Positions 13,185 to 26,009 of a DNA stretch of 64,000 bases are shown here, piece after piece. The stretch spans positions 38,936,001 through 39,000,000 of the forward strand of contig OX597824.1 in assembly GCA_951406725.2 (NCBI GenBank), read 5' to 3'. Both the position numbers and the translations under genes were made by a program. Origin of the DNA: Octopus vulgaris (lineage: Eukaryota). Every line of letters begins with the position of its first letter. Within the stretch, counting starts at the first letter, position 1. The notes beneath the pieces were generated by a model that made no database searches, was not told where the DNA came from, and saw only the letters and a list, made by a program, of their open reading frames with translations.

Positions 13185-13870
13185 GTGTTTGTATGTGTAC
13201 CTGCATGAGTGCGTGTGTGCGTGTGCATGCGCGCGTGTGTGTGTGCGTGTTTGTAGTGTGCGTCTGTGCGTGCGCATGCGTGTGTGTAGAGTGCGTGTGT
13301 GTAGAGTGCGTGTGTGTGTGTATATATATAGTGTGCGTGTATGCGTGTGTGTAGTGTGCGTGTGTCCGTGTGCGAGCATCTGTGAGCGTACGTGTTCGTA
13401 CTAACCTCTGTGTATGCGCGTGTGTGTGTGCGAGGGCATGTGTATGTCTGCGTGTGAGTGTGTGTGTGTGTGAATGTGTGTGTGTGACTGTGTGTGTGTG
13501 TGTTAGTGTTTCCGTGCCTTTGTGTGTGCGCTTGTGGTTGTAAGAGTATATGTATTTGCGTAGTTGTGTGTTCTTGTGTTTGTGTTTATGATGCTGTAAG
13601 TTTGTTGTTGCGAGTCTGAGCATTTGTGTGCGTGTGTCAATGATTGTAAGTGTATATGAATGTGTACGTTTGTGTGTGTGTGCGTGAGTGTTTGCACGTG
13701 TGTGTGTGTGTGTGTGTTTTTGTTGATGGAAAGAGATTGAAGCAAATTGTGTATCAATGAGTATTTGTGATGCGATACGCGTGACTTCATGTCTGTTGTC
13801 GTATGTGAGTTTGTTCGTGCGTATGTGTGCATGAGTGTGTGTGCGTGTGTGGCAGTGTGTGTGTGCGAGC
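13185..13870. repeat. Degenerate (GT)n/(GTGC)n low-complexity tract
   Basis: Read directly. Confidence 0.9.
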
Positions 13871-14121
13871 GCGCTTGATGACTGGTGTTGGTATTGGTGA
13901 CTGTACTAAAACAACATCCACTACTTCATCTATAAACGCTCCCGAGGGTCGATAAGTACAGAAACACTCCCGTACTGGATTGTCTTTCTCCTCTCTCTCT
14001 CTCTCTCTTCATATCTGGAAGATTTCGGATGTTTCACATGTGAAGAGAAATTGACTTCACCAGGAACAGAAACGAGCAAGACACATATCTATCTTGAGCA
14101 CTTTTAAACCATTACTCACAT

Positions 14122-15262
14122 GCGAGGCTGTGGTAGGAAGATTCCTTCCCAACCACATGGTCCCCGGTTCAGTCCCATTGCGTGGTACCATAGGTAAATG
14201 TCTTCTATGTACAGCCCCAGGCCGACCAAAAGCTTATGAGTAGATTTGGTAGACGGAAACTGAAAGAAGCCCGTCGTGTGTGCGTGTGTTTATGCGTGTG
14301 ACTATTCAGTTCTATTTCAAGATCTCTTACCAATAGAGAAACAACCATTTTCTAACTGAGATTCAAGGATCATTCATTGGAATTTGAACATCAACAACAA
14401 GATATTTCTGTATGTATGTATGTATGTATGTATGTATGTATGTATGTATGTATGTATGTATGTGTATGTATGTATGTGTGTGTATGTATGTATGTATGTA
14501 TGTATGTATGTATGTATGTATGTATGTATGTATGTATGTATGTACGTATGTACGTATGTATGTATATGTGCAGATTTGTATGTTTTGTTTTATGTATGTC
14601 TTCTCATGTATATAGTTGCATATCTAGACATACCCATATATACTTAAATGATAAACTTCTGTAAAGTTTTTACAGTTCCAGTGATGGCTTGGATCTTCCT
14701 CCTTTCTGGTTTTGAGAAGCCTAATTTCTCAAGATTGGTATTTTAGGCAGTGTGTTACATATCCCAGGGCCCCAGTAATTACCTGTGTAAACCTGAACTT
14801 GTAATCCGGTTAGAGTAACTGCAGATTTCTCAATAGCTTAGCGTAGGTATTCTATTTTCCACTGACCTTCAGCTTTATGTTAACATCCACTGGGCAGCTA
14901 ATTTCCACAACTGTACATAGTTCCTGTTCTCTATCCCAAATCGACGTATGTATGTATGTATGTATGTATGTATGTATGTATGTATGTATGTATGTATGTA
15001 TGTATGTATGTATGTATGTATGTATGTATGTATGTATGTATGTATGTATGTATGTGTGTGTCTGTGTCAGTGTTTGTCCCTCTCCATCGCTTGACAGCCG
15101 ATGTTGGTGCGTTTACGTCCACGTAACTTAGCAGTTCGGCAAAAGGAACTGGTGGAAATAATACAAAGCTTTTAAAGAAGTACTTAGATCGATTGAGTCG
15201 ATCAAAAATTCTTCAACGCAGTACCCTAGCATGGTTGCAGTCTAATAACTGAAACAAGTAAA
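14122..15262 (+). mobile_element. tRNA-derived SINE split by internal insertions and (TATG)n tracts
   Basis: 5' half (14122-14280) and 3' half (15060-15262) match the intact copies at 43390 and 61732. Confidence 0.65.
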
Positions 15263-15296
15263 AGATGTGTGTACAAATATATGCATATATGTCTGT

Positions 15297-15342
<46 letters not shown>

Positions 15343-15380
15343 ATGTACATGTATGAGTGTGCATATCTAGTTTGTATAGT

Positions 15381-15706
15381 GAGGGTGCGTGGCTTAGTGG
15401 TTAGGACATTCGGATCATGATCGTAAGGTTGTGAGTTCGATTCCCGGCGACGCATTGCGTCCTTGAGCAAGACACTTTATTTCACGTTGCTCCAGTCCAC
15501 GCAACTGGCAAAAATGAGAAGTACCTGTATTTCAAAAGTGTCAGCTTTGTCACCCTCTGTGTCACGCTGAATCTCATTGAGAACTACGTTGAGGGAACAC
15601 GTGTCTGTGGAATGTTCAGCCACTTGCACGTTAATTTCATGAGCAAGCTGTTCCGTTGATCGTATCAGCTGGGACCCTCGTCGTCGTAACCGACGGAGTG
15701 CTCCTA
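15381..15706 (+). mobile_element. tRNA-derived SINE with 13-bp TSD
   Basis: A box TGGCTTAGTGG, B box GTTCGATTCC; ATATCTAGTTTGT repeated at 15363 and 15709. Confidence 0.85.
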
Positions 15707-16132
15707 CGATATCTAGTTTGTGTATATAACATTAATATTTTCATTTCGTGTCGTTAATTTTATTTGTGGCTTTATTTTGCCTAAAGTTAGAATATCATCC
15801 AGAAGGCCTATGAACAAAGACGTTCTAGCCGGGACCATCCAATCACACATGGTATCAAAATCCACATTAACTAATGTGTTCTTCCTTGCTTAAGATGACA
15901 AGCTATGTTTTAAGACTGATTTGGTTGCTATTTCTAACAAGACGGATAACGACATAGAGGCTCGCTTACTGACTCATGTCACCTGCGTTGCTGGTAAATG
16001 TTAATGTAAAGTTGATACATTAATGGCAGTTCATGGGATCATATGTCCATGGAAGTGACTGTTATCTCAGTGTATGTAAATGTATATAAATATATAAATA
16101 TAAATATCTACAAATATATGTATGTATGCATG

Positions 16133-16163
<31 letters not shown>

Positions 16164-16183
16164 CATATGTATATATGTATACA

Positions 16184-16266
<83 letters not shown>

Positions 16267-16320
16267 ATATGTATATAGTGTGTATACATATTTATTATAT
16301 GATATTATATATATATATAT

Positions 16321-16970
16321 GTAGTTAAAGTTTATCCAAACAAGAAAGCACAAAAAAACACAAGAACGCGAGGACGTGGAACAAATATAGTATTATTGGA
16401 CGCTCAGGAAGGAAGGGAAGAAGGAGGGTTTAACGTTTCGAGCGGAGCTCTTCGTCGTAAACATAGGAGAAGGAAAGATCCAGAGAAGGGAAGACAGAGA
16501 AAAAAATCACCAACGGTACACACGCAGTCACATTTTGTATATGTATATGTATATGTATATGTATTTGTATATGTATATGTATATGTATATACACAGATGT
16601 GGTGCCTTTTCAAAACATTGTCTGTTTTAAAAAGCCACATCAGATGCCATGATGGATCTAAGGTGAAGGTACAGGAGGTGGTCAAACTCTGCATAAGGAG
16701 TAGACAACCACTATATACATATTTACATGTGTGTATATATATATATATATGTGTATATATATAATGTGACTGCGTGTGTACCGTTGGTGATTTTTTTCTC
16801 TGTCTTCCTTCTCTGGATCTTCCCTTCTCCTATGTTTACGACGAAGAGCTCCGCTCGAAACGTTAAATCCTCCTTCTTCCCTTCCTTCCTGAGCGTCCAA
16901 TAATACTATATTTGTTCCACGTCCTCGCATTCTTATGTTTTTTTGTGCTTTCTTGTTTGGATTAACTTTA

Positions 16971-16973
<3 letters not shown>
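16321..16973. mobile_element. Penelope-like inverted pseudo-LTR pair within (TA)n
   Basis: ~210-bp near-identical inverted arms (16321-16535 and 16762-16973), each with a hammerhead-like motif; third copy at ~35996-36192. Confidence 0.7.
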
Positions 16974-17034
<61 letters not shown>

Positions 17035-17265
17035 GTAATAAATATGTATACACACACACACACACAGGAGTTTACGACGGGTTTCTAAACATTTTTTGTT
17101 GATTAAATTCGGGACTATAATAAAAGACATTTGCCCGAGGTGCTGGACAATGACCAACAGACTGAACCAGAAACTATGTAGTTACGAAGCAAATTTCTTA
17201 ACCACGAAGCCCAGCTTCCGCCTGGACACTCATATTGTATATACCTATCATATATGTGCGTGTTC

Positions 17266-17298
<33 letters not shown>

Positions 17299-17730
17299 TG
17301 GCGGTCTTATGGAAGTTCGTATTCATTTGTAAGCCAGCGAGTGAAGGTACAGGTTTACGAATGCTTACATAATCGACAGTCTGTCCTGGGTATAACTTTA
17401 CACTGCACCCGATTGTGGGAGCCAGGTACGGGAGCTTCGTGGATTTTGAGGAGTGAGAAACCCGCTCTAAGCCACTATTGTTCTTAGGTCTTCTCTTTTA
17501 GGGTCCCCAGATATGGGTTAACTAGTTGGCGTTAGAACATACTTGTAGAAGAAGGTAAACTCATATAAAAAAAAAGAAAACTTCCACTGAAGGGCAGTGA
17601 GTTTCTGGTCGTCTCAACCTATGTTGTACCACTGTCTTCGTAGCTGACTACAATGAAAAATGGGTTCAGGGCTGAAAAATGGATTCACGCACAGGAACGT
17701 TTGAACTCTCAGAACGTTCAAACTTCACTT

Positions 17731-17861
17731 CCACCACTACTACCTTCACCACCACCGCCACCAGCATCACCAGCACCACCACCACTACCACCAGCACCAG
17801 CACCACCACCAGCACCACCACCACTACCACCACCACCACCACCACTACCACCACCACCAGC

Positions 17862-17892
<31 letters not shown>

Positions 17893-18017
17893 CCACCACC
17901 ACCGCCACCACCACCACCACCGCCGCCACCACCGCCACCGCCGCCGCCACCACCACCACCACCGCCGCCACCACCACCGCCACCGCCGCCACCACCGCCA
18001 CCACCACCACCACCACC
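17731..18017. repeat. (CCA/CCG)n microsatellite
   Basis: Read directly. Confidence 0.95.
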
Positions 18018-18219
18018 TTGTTGATCATAACAACAAATCAAAAAATAAATAAATAAGGAAAGAAAGTAAAGTAAAATATAAACCGAAACTTCTTTGAACC
18101 CTTAATTTGACAACAATAAAAAAACTGAGGCCCTTTTATTTATTTAATTTAAAGGGCCATGCATCATAAACCCAATGACAATATCACGATTAATGAGGTA
18201 CCTTAGTGTGTGTGTGTCC

Positions 18220-18252
<33 letters not shown>

Positions 18253-18331
18253 TGTATGTATGTATGTATGTATGTATGTTTGTATGCATGCATCTATGTA
18301 TGTGCGTGTGTATACGTATGAGTATATGAGT

Positions 18332-18367
<36 letters not shown>

Positions 18368-18441
18368 GTTTGTGTATAAATGTATATCTCTACATAGAAA
18401 TATGTATGCATATATATATGTATATATATATATATATATGC

Positions 18442-18472
<31 letters not shown>

Positions 18473-18483
18473 CATACATATAT

Positions 18484-18520
<37 letters not shown>

Positions 18521-18624
18521 CATACGCACTCACACACAAGCATTGGCGTTGGGTGTTCACTATACAATGAATTATATGGCGGAATGACACCCATGACGAA
18601 AAAATAAATAAAACAAATAGCCGT

Positions 18625-18687
<63 letters not shown>

Positions 18688-18964
18688 AACTTTGTGTGGT
18701 GGTAGTGGTGCATATTATTGTTGTTGTAATAGCATTGTTTTGATTAGCCTCAAGGCTGTCTAGAATGAGTCCAATTAGGTTCAAAGGGATTCTAACTCTG
18801 ACCATCTCAAGTTTTATTTCTGTCGTAGTCTACCTTGGACTACATTCCCACACGTGCTTTATCTTTCCTTTTTAAAGGGAAGGGCATAATTTGCGGGAGA
18901 TTTTGGCTGCTATTTCTGCTAGTCTGAGCGATCAAAGAGGGAGGCCTCCGTTAATGTTCCCCAT

Positions 18965-19420
18965 GGTGATGATGATGAAGTTTACAATAGAAGCAATGAC
19001 CCTAGTATGATGGTGTGATGGTGCTGGTTGGAGTGATGGTGCTGCTGATGGTGTTGATGCTGATGGTAAGGTGGTGGTGAAAGAGGTTATGGTAGTGGTG
19101 GCGTGGTGGTCAGATGGTGGTGATGATGGTAGTGTTAATGATAATGGTGGAGGTGGTGGTGTTGTTGGTGATAGTGGTATTGATGTTGTTGGTGGTATTG
19201 ATGATGGTGGTGTTGATGATGGTGGTGTTGATGAAGTGGTGGTCATAGCGTTGGTGATGGTGTTGGATTTATTATGATGTTGGTGATGATAATGATGGTG
19301 GTGATGATAGTGTCGGTGTTGTTGTTGGTGGTGGTGATAGTGGTAGTATGGTGGTGGTGGTGATGGTGGGTGGTGGTGGTGGTGGTGGTGGTAGTAGTAG
19401 TGTTGGTGGTGGTGGTGTGG
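18965..19420. repeat. Degenerate (GGT/GAT)n tract
   Basis: Read directly. Confidence 0.9.
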
Positions 19421-19699
19421 CGAGTGGGGTGAAGATAGTTCAAACAATAACAGAAATAAACAAAAATAAAAGTTTTTACACTCTAGGATATCTGATCAAA
19501 GGGAAGAAAAAGAATGAAAGAGGGAAGGAAGGAAAGAAAGAAAGGAAAGAAGAAATAGATGATTGAATTAATGAATGAAGGAATAAATAAATGAATGAAT
19601 AAAGAAAGAAAGAAAGAAAGAAAGAAAGAAGGAAAAAAGGAAAGAAAGGTGGATTGAAAAACTGGAATAAAGAAAATCAGGGGTAAATGTCTATTTGAC

Positions 19700-19862
19700 C
19701 GGAAGAAGGAGAAGAAGAAGAAGATGGAGGAGGAGGAGGAGGAGAAGGAGAAGAAGATGGAGGCGGGGAAGGAGGAGGAGGAGGAGAAGGAAAGAAGAAG
19801 AAGAAGAAGAAGAAGAAGAAGAAGAAGAAGAAGAAGAAGAAGAAGAAGAAGAAGAAGAAGAG
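19700..19862. repeat. (GGA)n/(GAA)n tract
   Basis: Read directly. Confidence 0.9.
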
Positions 19863-20215
19863 GAGTTCAAATTCCGCCGAGGTCGAATTTGCCTTTCATC
19901 CTTTCGGGGTCTATAAATTAAGTACCAGTTGCGTACTGGGGTCGATGTAATCGACTATCTTCTTCCCCCAAATTTCAGGCCTTGTGTCTATGCTAGAAAG
20001 GATTATTATTACTTAGACGGTGAGCTGGCAGAATCGTTAGCACGCTAGGCAAAATGCCTAGCGGCATTTCGTCCGTCCTTACGTTCTGAGTTCAAATTCC
20101 GCCGAGGTCCGCTTTGTCTTTCATCTTTTCGGGATCGATAAAATAAGAACCAATTGAGTACTAGGGTTGATGTCCCCGAAACTTCCTGGCCTTGTACCAA
20201 AATTTGAAACCATTA
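19863..20215 (+). mobile_element. Two tandem copies of the abundant 'GAGTTCAAATTCCGCCGAGGTCGAC' SINE family
   Basis: Matches copies at 42453, 47825 and 52342; B-box-like GAGTTCAAATTC. Confidence 0.8.
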
Positions 20216-20464
20216 TTATTCATTTTGTTCATCATGTACACGTATGTGTGTATTCATGATTCTTTTATCAATTTTATTCAGTTTTAGAGCGTATTTTCGG
20301 AGCGTGTTGAATTTATTTTGTACATGCAACCGAAGCCGCGATCGCAGATCGCAAAAAAAGCATGGCCGCAGTCAAATGACTTTAAGGCGGTGCTCCAGCA
20401 TGGCCGCAGTCAAATGACTGAAACAAGTAAAAGGATGACTTTTGGCCCACCTTGTAAATTCACT

Positions 20465-20805
20465 GGCGTATGGCTCAGTGATTAGAACGTCGGGCTCACA
20501 ATCATGAGGTAGTGAGTTTGATTGACGGACCGGGTTGTGTGTTGTGTTCTTGAGCAAGACACTTTATTTAACATTGCTCCAGTTCACTCAGCTGTAAAAA
20601 TGAGTTGGGACGTCACTGGTACCAAGTTGTTTGGCCCTTGCTTTTCTCTTGGATAACATCGGTAGCTGGAAAGGGGAGATTGGTATGCATGAGCGACTGC
20701 TAGTCTTCCATAAAGAACCTTGCTCGAACTTGTGCATCTGAGGGGAACTTTCTAGGTGCAAAACCATTGTCATTCATGACCAACAGAGGATCTTTACTTT
20801 ACTTA
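20465..20805 (+). mobile_element. tRNA-derived SINE (head related to the 15381 copy, different tail)
   Basis: TGGCTCAGTG A box; TTGAGCAAGACACTTTATTT..TTGCTCCAGT shared with the 15381 copy; CTTTA-repeat tail. Confidence 0.7.
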
Positions 20806-21665
20806 CTTTACGCTACACACATTTGTTTACATGAAATTATTGGATGTCCCTATCGTCACTTCTGGTCAATTTACTTTAATTTTGTTTTTAAATACCTAAA
20901 TGGCATGTTATCCTCCACTCTATCAGGAGAAACATACATCGCATATACAAATATGATGTATATACAATGGTTATTGCTCCTACTTTATCGCTCAACCTGC
21001 TGGAAACAGTAACTAAGTCTTCCTCAAATCACACTTGAATGCATTGGTTCCCTATTTAAGGTGCGCAGTGGTAAATTATCGTTTAACCGAGTACCTGGGA
21101 TATAAGATCGAATTCCAAATAAACATTTCCATCACCTATAGATTTGGAAAAGTCTTATTAAATGGTGAGAAGTGAATTGTAAGAATCGGTAGAGCATCTG
21201 ACAAAATGTATCGTTCAAATATCACCCAGAAGAACTTTACCTTTCACCCTCTTCAGGATCAATGAAATAAATACCTGTAGTATTTGTCGAGATCGATATA
21301 ACTTATTCATGCCCGCCGCTAAGGGGATGCTCTGAACAGCACTGCTCCTCACTGCTCAATGGTGCACCCTCAGATTTAGAAAATACAAGTTACAAAACTC
21401 TTACCACAATACAAATTAGTGTCCACCCAGAATATTCAGAAGCATCTCCAGGTACCAAAGTCTGACGACGGGCTGAACTGTTTGTACTTTTGAAGGAAAG
21501 ACAATGTACAATCCATGATAACCATTTAAAAGAAAAGAAGTTCAAATTCAGCTTGACTCGGAACTGATATCATCGTCAGTGTATAAAATATCCAAGCTGA
21601 TTTTTAAGACCACTGTAGTATTAAGTTATCATATGTTTCTTTCTTACAGTAATTAGCAAAATAGC

Positions 21666-22027
21666 GGAGGCGCAATGGCCCAGTGGTTAGGGCAGCGGAC
21701 TCGCGGTCATAAGATCGCGGTTTCGATTCCCAGACCGGGCGTTGTGAGTGTTTATTGAGCGAAAACACCTAAAGCTCCACGAGGCTCCGGCAGGGGATGG
21801 TGGTGATCCTTGCTGTACTCTTTCACCACAACTTTCTCTCACTCTTACTTCCTGTTTCTGTTGTACCTGTATTTCAAAGGGCCGGCCTTGTCACTCTCTG
21901 TGTCACGCTGAATATCCCCGAGAACTACGTTAAGGGTACACGTGTCTGTGGAGTGCTCAGCCACTTACACGTTAATTTCACGAGCAGGCTGTTCCGTTAA
22001 TTCGGATCAACCGGAACCCTCGTCGTC
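21666..22027 (+). mobile_element. Young tRNA-derived SINE
   Basis: A box TGGCCCAGTGG, B box GTTTCGATTCC; CpG intact; ACAGTAATTA near both ends; 3' ~180 bp shared with the 15381 SINE. Confidence 0.85.
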
Positions 22028-22655
22028 GTAACCGACGGAGTGCTTCCACAGTAATTAACTTGTATTCTTGTTTCTTCGTGTCTTTTTTTTTCTTTCGTGG
22101 AAGACACAAAATATTGGTTTCAAATGTTGGCACAAGGGGCCAGCAAGTTATGGGGAGGGAATAAATTAGTTACATCGACCGCAGTGTTCCGCTGGAACTG
22201 ATGTTATCGACCTCGGCCGAGTCGGACGAAATGCCGCTAAACATTTTGCCCGGTGTACTAAAGATTCGCCGGCCTAGAGGACATAAAATATTACCTTCAT
22301 TATCATTATCAGAGCCGCGAGCTTACACGAGTGTTAGTACGCTGGACAAAAAACTTAGCTGCATTTCTTCCGGGTTTTCGTTCTAAGTTCAAATTCCGCC
22401 GAGTGTAACTTTGCCCTTCATTCTTTCGAGGTCGATAAAACAAGAACCAGACGAGCACTGGGGTCGATGTTATCGACATGCACAACCACCTAAAATGTTA
22501 AATCTTGTGTACACAATAGATTTGATTATAATAATTAATATCAAGGTGGTAAAGTGGCAGAAATGTTAGAGCGTCGAACAAAGGGCCTCGCGTCAATTCT
22601 CTTGTCGTTGTTTAGGGAGTTCTTGGTTAATAGTAGTTTGTTGTATACATTATAT

Positions 22656-23188
22656 TAGTGGTTCCCAAAGTGGGCTGTACTGCCCCTATGGGGATTGGAA
22701 AGATTCAGTGGGCGTTGAAGAAAAGTGGGGCAATAATAGGGCAGCAAAAAGGGGACAATGTATGTACCCCTCCAAATACTGGGTTAATTAGGTTAAGTTT
22801 TATATGTGAAATACAGTTGTTTTGAATTTGCTGCAGAGAGTGGTCAATGTTTGTGGGGGTGAGTTAGGTGGGGCGTTAGCGATGTGGCATGGGAGCCAAG
22901 GGGGCACTGGCTCGGAAATGAAATTTGCTTAGGGAGTGCAAGCCCAGGTCCAAAAATATTTACAAAGTCTTATATTTTTTTGTTCTTTGAGAAGGAACCT
23001 AACTTCAAGCTACTTTTTACGCATCACTTTTGATTTATCGTTTTCTAAACCCGAGGAAAATAAGTAGGGCTGCAAATTTTGTTTATGCACTCCGCAAAAA
23101 TTCTAGGGGGTGCGCTTGCACCACGTGCACCCCCTGTCCCCGGGCCCATGCGAGGGGGCAGCAGCCTGAAAATGTTTGGGAACCGCTG
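22656..23188. mobile_element. hAT (Charlie-like) MITE, probably with a nested insertion
   Basis: Termini TAGTGGTTCCCAAA ... TTTGGGAACCGCTG. Confidence 0.7.
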
Positions 23189-23278
23189 TATTATACTTTG
23201 TATTCCTTTGCGTGATTGTCTTCTCTTGGAATTCTAATTCTGGTAAGGTATTTTCAGTTTACGGAGGTTTCGTTGCAT

Positions 23279-23521
23279 ATACACCTTCTCGACTTACGAT
23301 CGAGTTCCCTTCCGACTGACAGGTCGTAAGTCGATCTGATCGTAAGTTGGATTTACATTTTTCAACGTTATTTTTATTCAAACGCAACTGATGTGAGAGA
23401 CAGTGGCAAGAGGTGGCTACCAGATGCTGCCAAAATTATCGTACGCACAGATATGCCCAACGCCCGAAAATCGATCAATTTTTATTTAGTAGTTTTTGTG
23501 GTCGTAAGTCGCGGAGGTGTA
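23279..23521. mobile_element. pogo/Tigger-like MITE
   Basis: Inverted termini TACACCTTCTCGACTTACGAT ... GTCGTAAGTCGCGGAGGTGTA. Confidence 0.7.
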
Positions 23522-24096
23522 CACAGAGAAAGATTCACACATCACGCACACTCTCTATTTCTCTCAAACATGGATTTACAGTGACACACCCAAATACGTA
23601 ATACTTGCTGTAACATTCGTTCTAAGCATACATGCTTACACACGCAGTCATAGTGTTACCCCGTCACAAATATACTGTGACAAAATAACTTATAAAACAA
23701 TTTTCCTTTCACTAAAGACCACACTTCATACACACTTTAAAAGCACGTACTTCGATATATCATAACCAAACGTTATCACAAAATACACACATACACGTAC
23801 ATATTTTCATTCACACACACACACACACACACTCATATATATATATATATATATATATTAAGGTATGTAGAAAAATACAACATGGACAAGAACGTATAAC
23901 TCTTAGAAGACGACACAATAAACACGGACAGGACATTCGAAACCCTCAGTCTTCAGTCAAGAACCGGATCATCGTAGTAATTTCGGCTGATTAATATAAA
24001 TGCACGCATACAGGTTTATTGTATATGTATATATGTATCTGCTTTCCGTTTGTTTGTACATTTATTGCTTCTTAACTGGAAAGCTACCGACCCTTG

Positions 24097-24137
<41 letters not shown>

Positions 24138-24447
24138 CACACACACAAGCGTGTACCCACTTACATACACAAACACCTGCATATATATGTATACAAGTGT
24201 GCACCTACAAATATACATGCATCGTACATATATATACATAAGTGTATATACATACATACTTACGTACATGCATGCATGCATGTGTGTATGTGTGTATAAA
24301 GGACTAGAAAGATTTATGTCACCATATAACAAGAATATAAATCACGAAACATTTCTGAATTGTTGGATTTCAGTGAAATGTAGAATCTGTAAGGAAACAC
24401 TTATTTTATCAAATGAACTCTAGAAGTGTATGGAGGCAATTTAGGTT

Positions 24448-24518
<71 letters not shown>

Positions 24519-24533
24519 GTGAGAGAAAGCAGT

Positions 24534-24539
24534 TTTATT
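24534..24539 (-). terminator. Candidate distal polyadenylation signal (AATAAA) of YIPF6
   Basis: TTTATT on +, followed on the minus strand by a (CT)n tract; coincides with the edge of the CpG-depleted domain. Confidence 0.3.
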
Positions 24540-25029
24540 GATGAACTCAATACTGGTGCTCAGTTACAGACTACTCTGACTTTATTCATTTTCTGGTTGT
24601 ATGGACTTTACCACTTAGGGTTGAGTTTCGCTTAGAGGGTGGCAACCAGGGCCTTGGAGGATTGTAAAATGGTATATAAAACTTCTTACGTAATGAAATT
24701 AGGGTTGTTTAAATTAGCAGTTATCAACCAGGATCCATATAAAATTTTGGGTATTCTACGTAAGCAAAATAGTAAATTAGAGATCCACTGTAGTATTTTA
24801 AGGGTCCATGAAACCTTTAGTTTTAAATGTATGTATTGTAAGAAACAATTACGTTTCTTTCTCAGACATTTTCACAGGTTAATGTGTGAATAACAGAATA
24901 AGAATTTTGAAAGAAGTATCTTTAAGCATGGAATGGCTACAGGGTTCACATTGCAGGTGCTCTTTCATGAATTGAAAACCTTAAAATGGATACAATTGCT
25001 TTGGATGATCCAATAAACATACCTATTAC

Positions 25030-25297
25030 AGATTGCCAGCCTCGTCTGGCACCTGTGTAGGTGGCATATAAAAAACACCATCCGAGGGTGACCCTCTGGC
25101 ACCTGTGTCGGTGGCACATAAAATCACCCACTACACTCTCGGAGTGGTTGGCGTTAGGAAGGGCATCCAGCTGTAGAAACACTGCCAGATCTGACTGGCC
25201 TGGTGCAGCCTTCGGGCTTGCCAGACCCCAGTTGAACCGTCCAACCCATGCTAGCATGGAAAGCGGACGTTAAACGATGATGATGATGATGATGATG
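25030..25297 (+). mobile_element. SINE/LINE 3'-end family with (GAT)n tail (RTE-type)
   Basis: Ends CCAACCCATGCTAGCATGGAAAGCGGACGTTAAACGATGATGAT; relatives at ~29030-29345, 38820-39035, 41435-41750 (-), 41915-42095, 42725-42970 (-), 44275-44510 (-). Confidence 0.8.
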
Positions 25298-26009
25298 TTT
25301 ATTTCAAAGGCAGCTTGGTCACTTTCTTTCAGCATGTACTTGATGACGTACTTAATTTACCTCACAGAGGCAACAGTTCCAATGTTGCAGTGGCATTTGA
25401 ATGTCCTTAAAAGTGTTTCATTATAAGGTGCAATCTGTTTGTTGTTGTTTGTTTTACCATTCTTATGAGATTCAGCTCTTCCCATTGCAACTGATCTTCA
25501 TCTATAAAGGGATAGTCTCTGTCTTTCTGCCTTTTGATTAAGATGATAAAAGTTAATATTTTATTTCAAATAGAAAAGTAATTTTCCTCTTTAAGGAAAA
25601 AAAAAAATCAAGAACCCATGATTCAAAGAATATCTCATAAAAATATAGGGAGAATTTCTATCTTTCAGTCCATGACACTTGGAAGTTGTATAAATGATTA
25701 AGGGAAGAAAAAAGAACAGATGGCTGTAGCTGCAACAACTCTTTGAAGTGACAACACATTCAAGTAGAATTTTTTTTCTTAAAGGAGGAAATGGCTATTT
25801 TATTTGTAATCTTTATCATCTTAATCAAATGGCAGGAAAATAAACTTTGAGTTTTAGTGTAATATAGATATATGTGTATATGTGTGTGTATGCGAGTCTT
25901 TGTGTTTGCCCTCATCACCACTTTACAGCTGGTTTTGGTTTATTTACACCCCTATAACTTAGTGGTTTAGCAAAAGGCAGCAGATAGGATAAGTACCAGG
26001 CTTAAAATA

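Noticed and set aside
17653-18056. Poly-Pro/Thr/Gly (formin- or mucin-like) ORFs
   Set aside because: (CCA)n microsatellite open in several frames, with no flanking domain or convincing splice context.
21666-21740. tRNA gene (also 15381, 43390, 61732)
   Set aside because: A/B boxes continue into SINE bodies and tails with TSD-like flanks; no complete cloverleaf or poly-T terminator.
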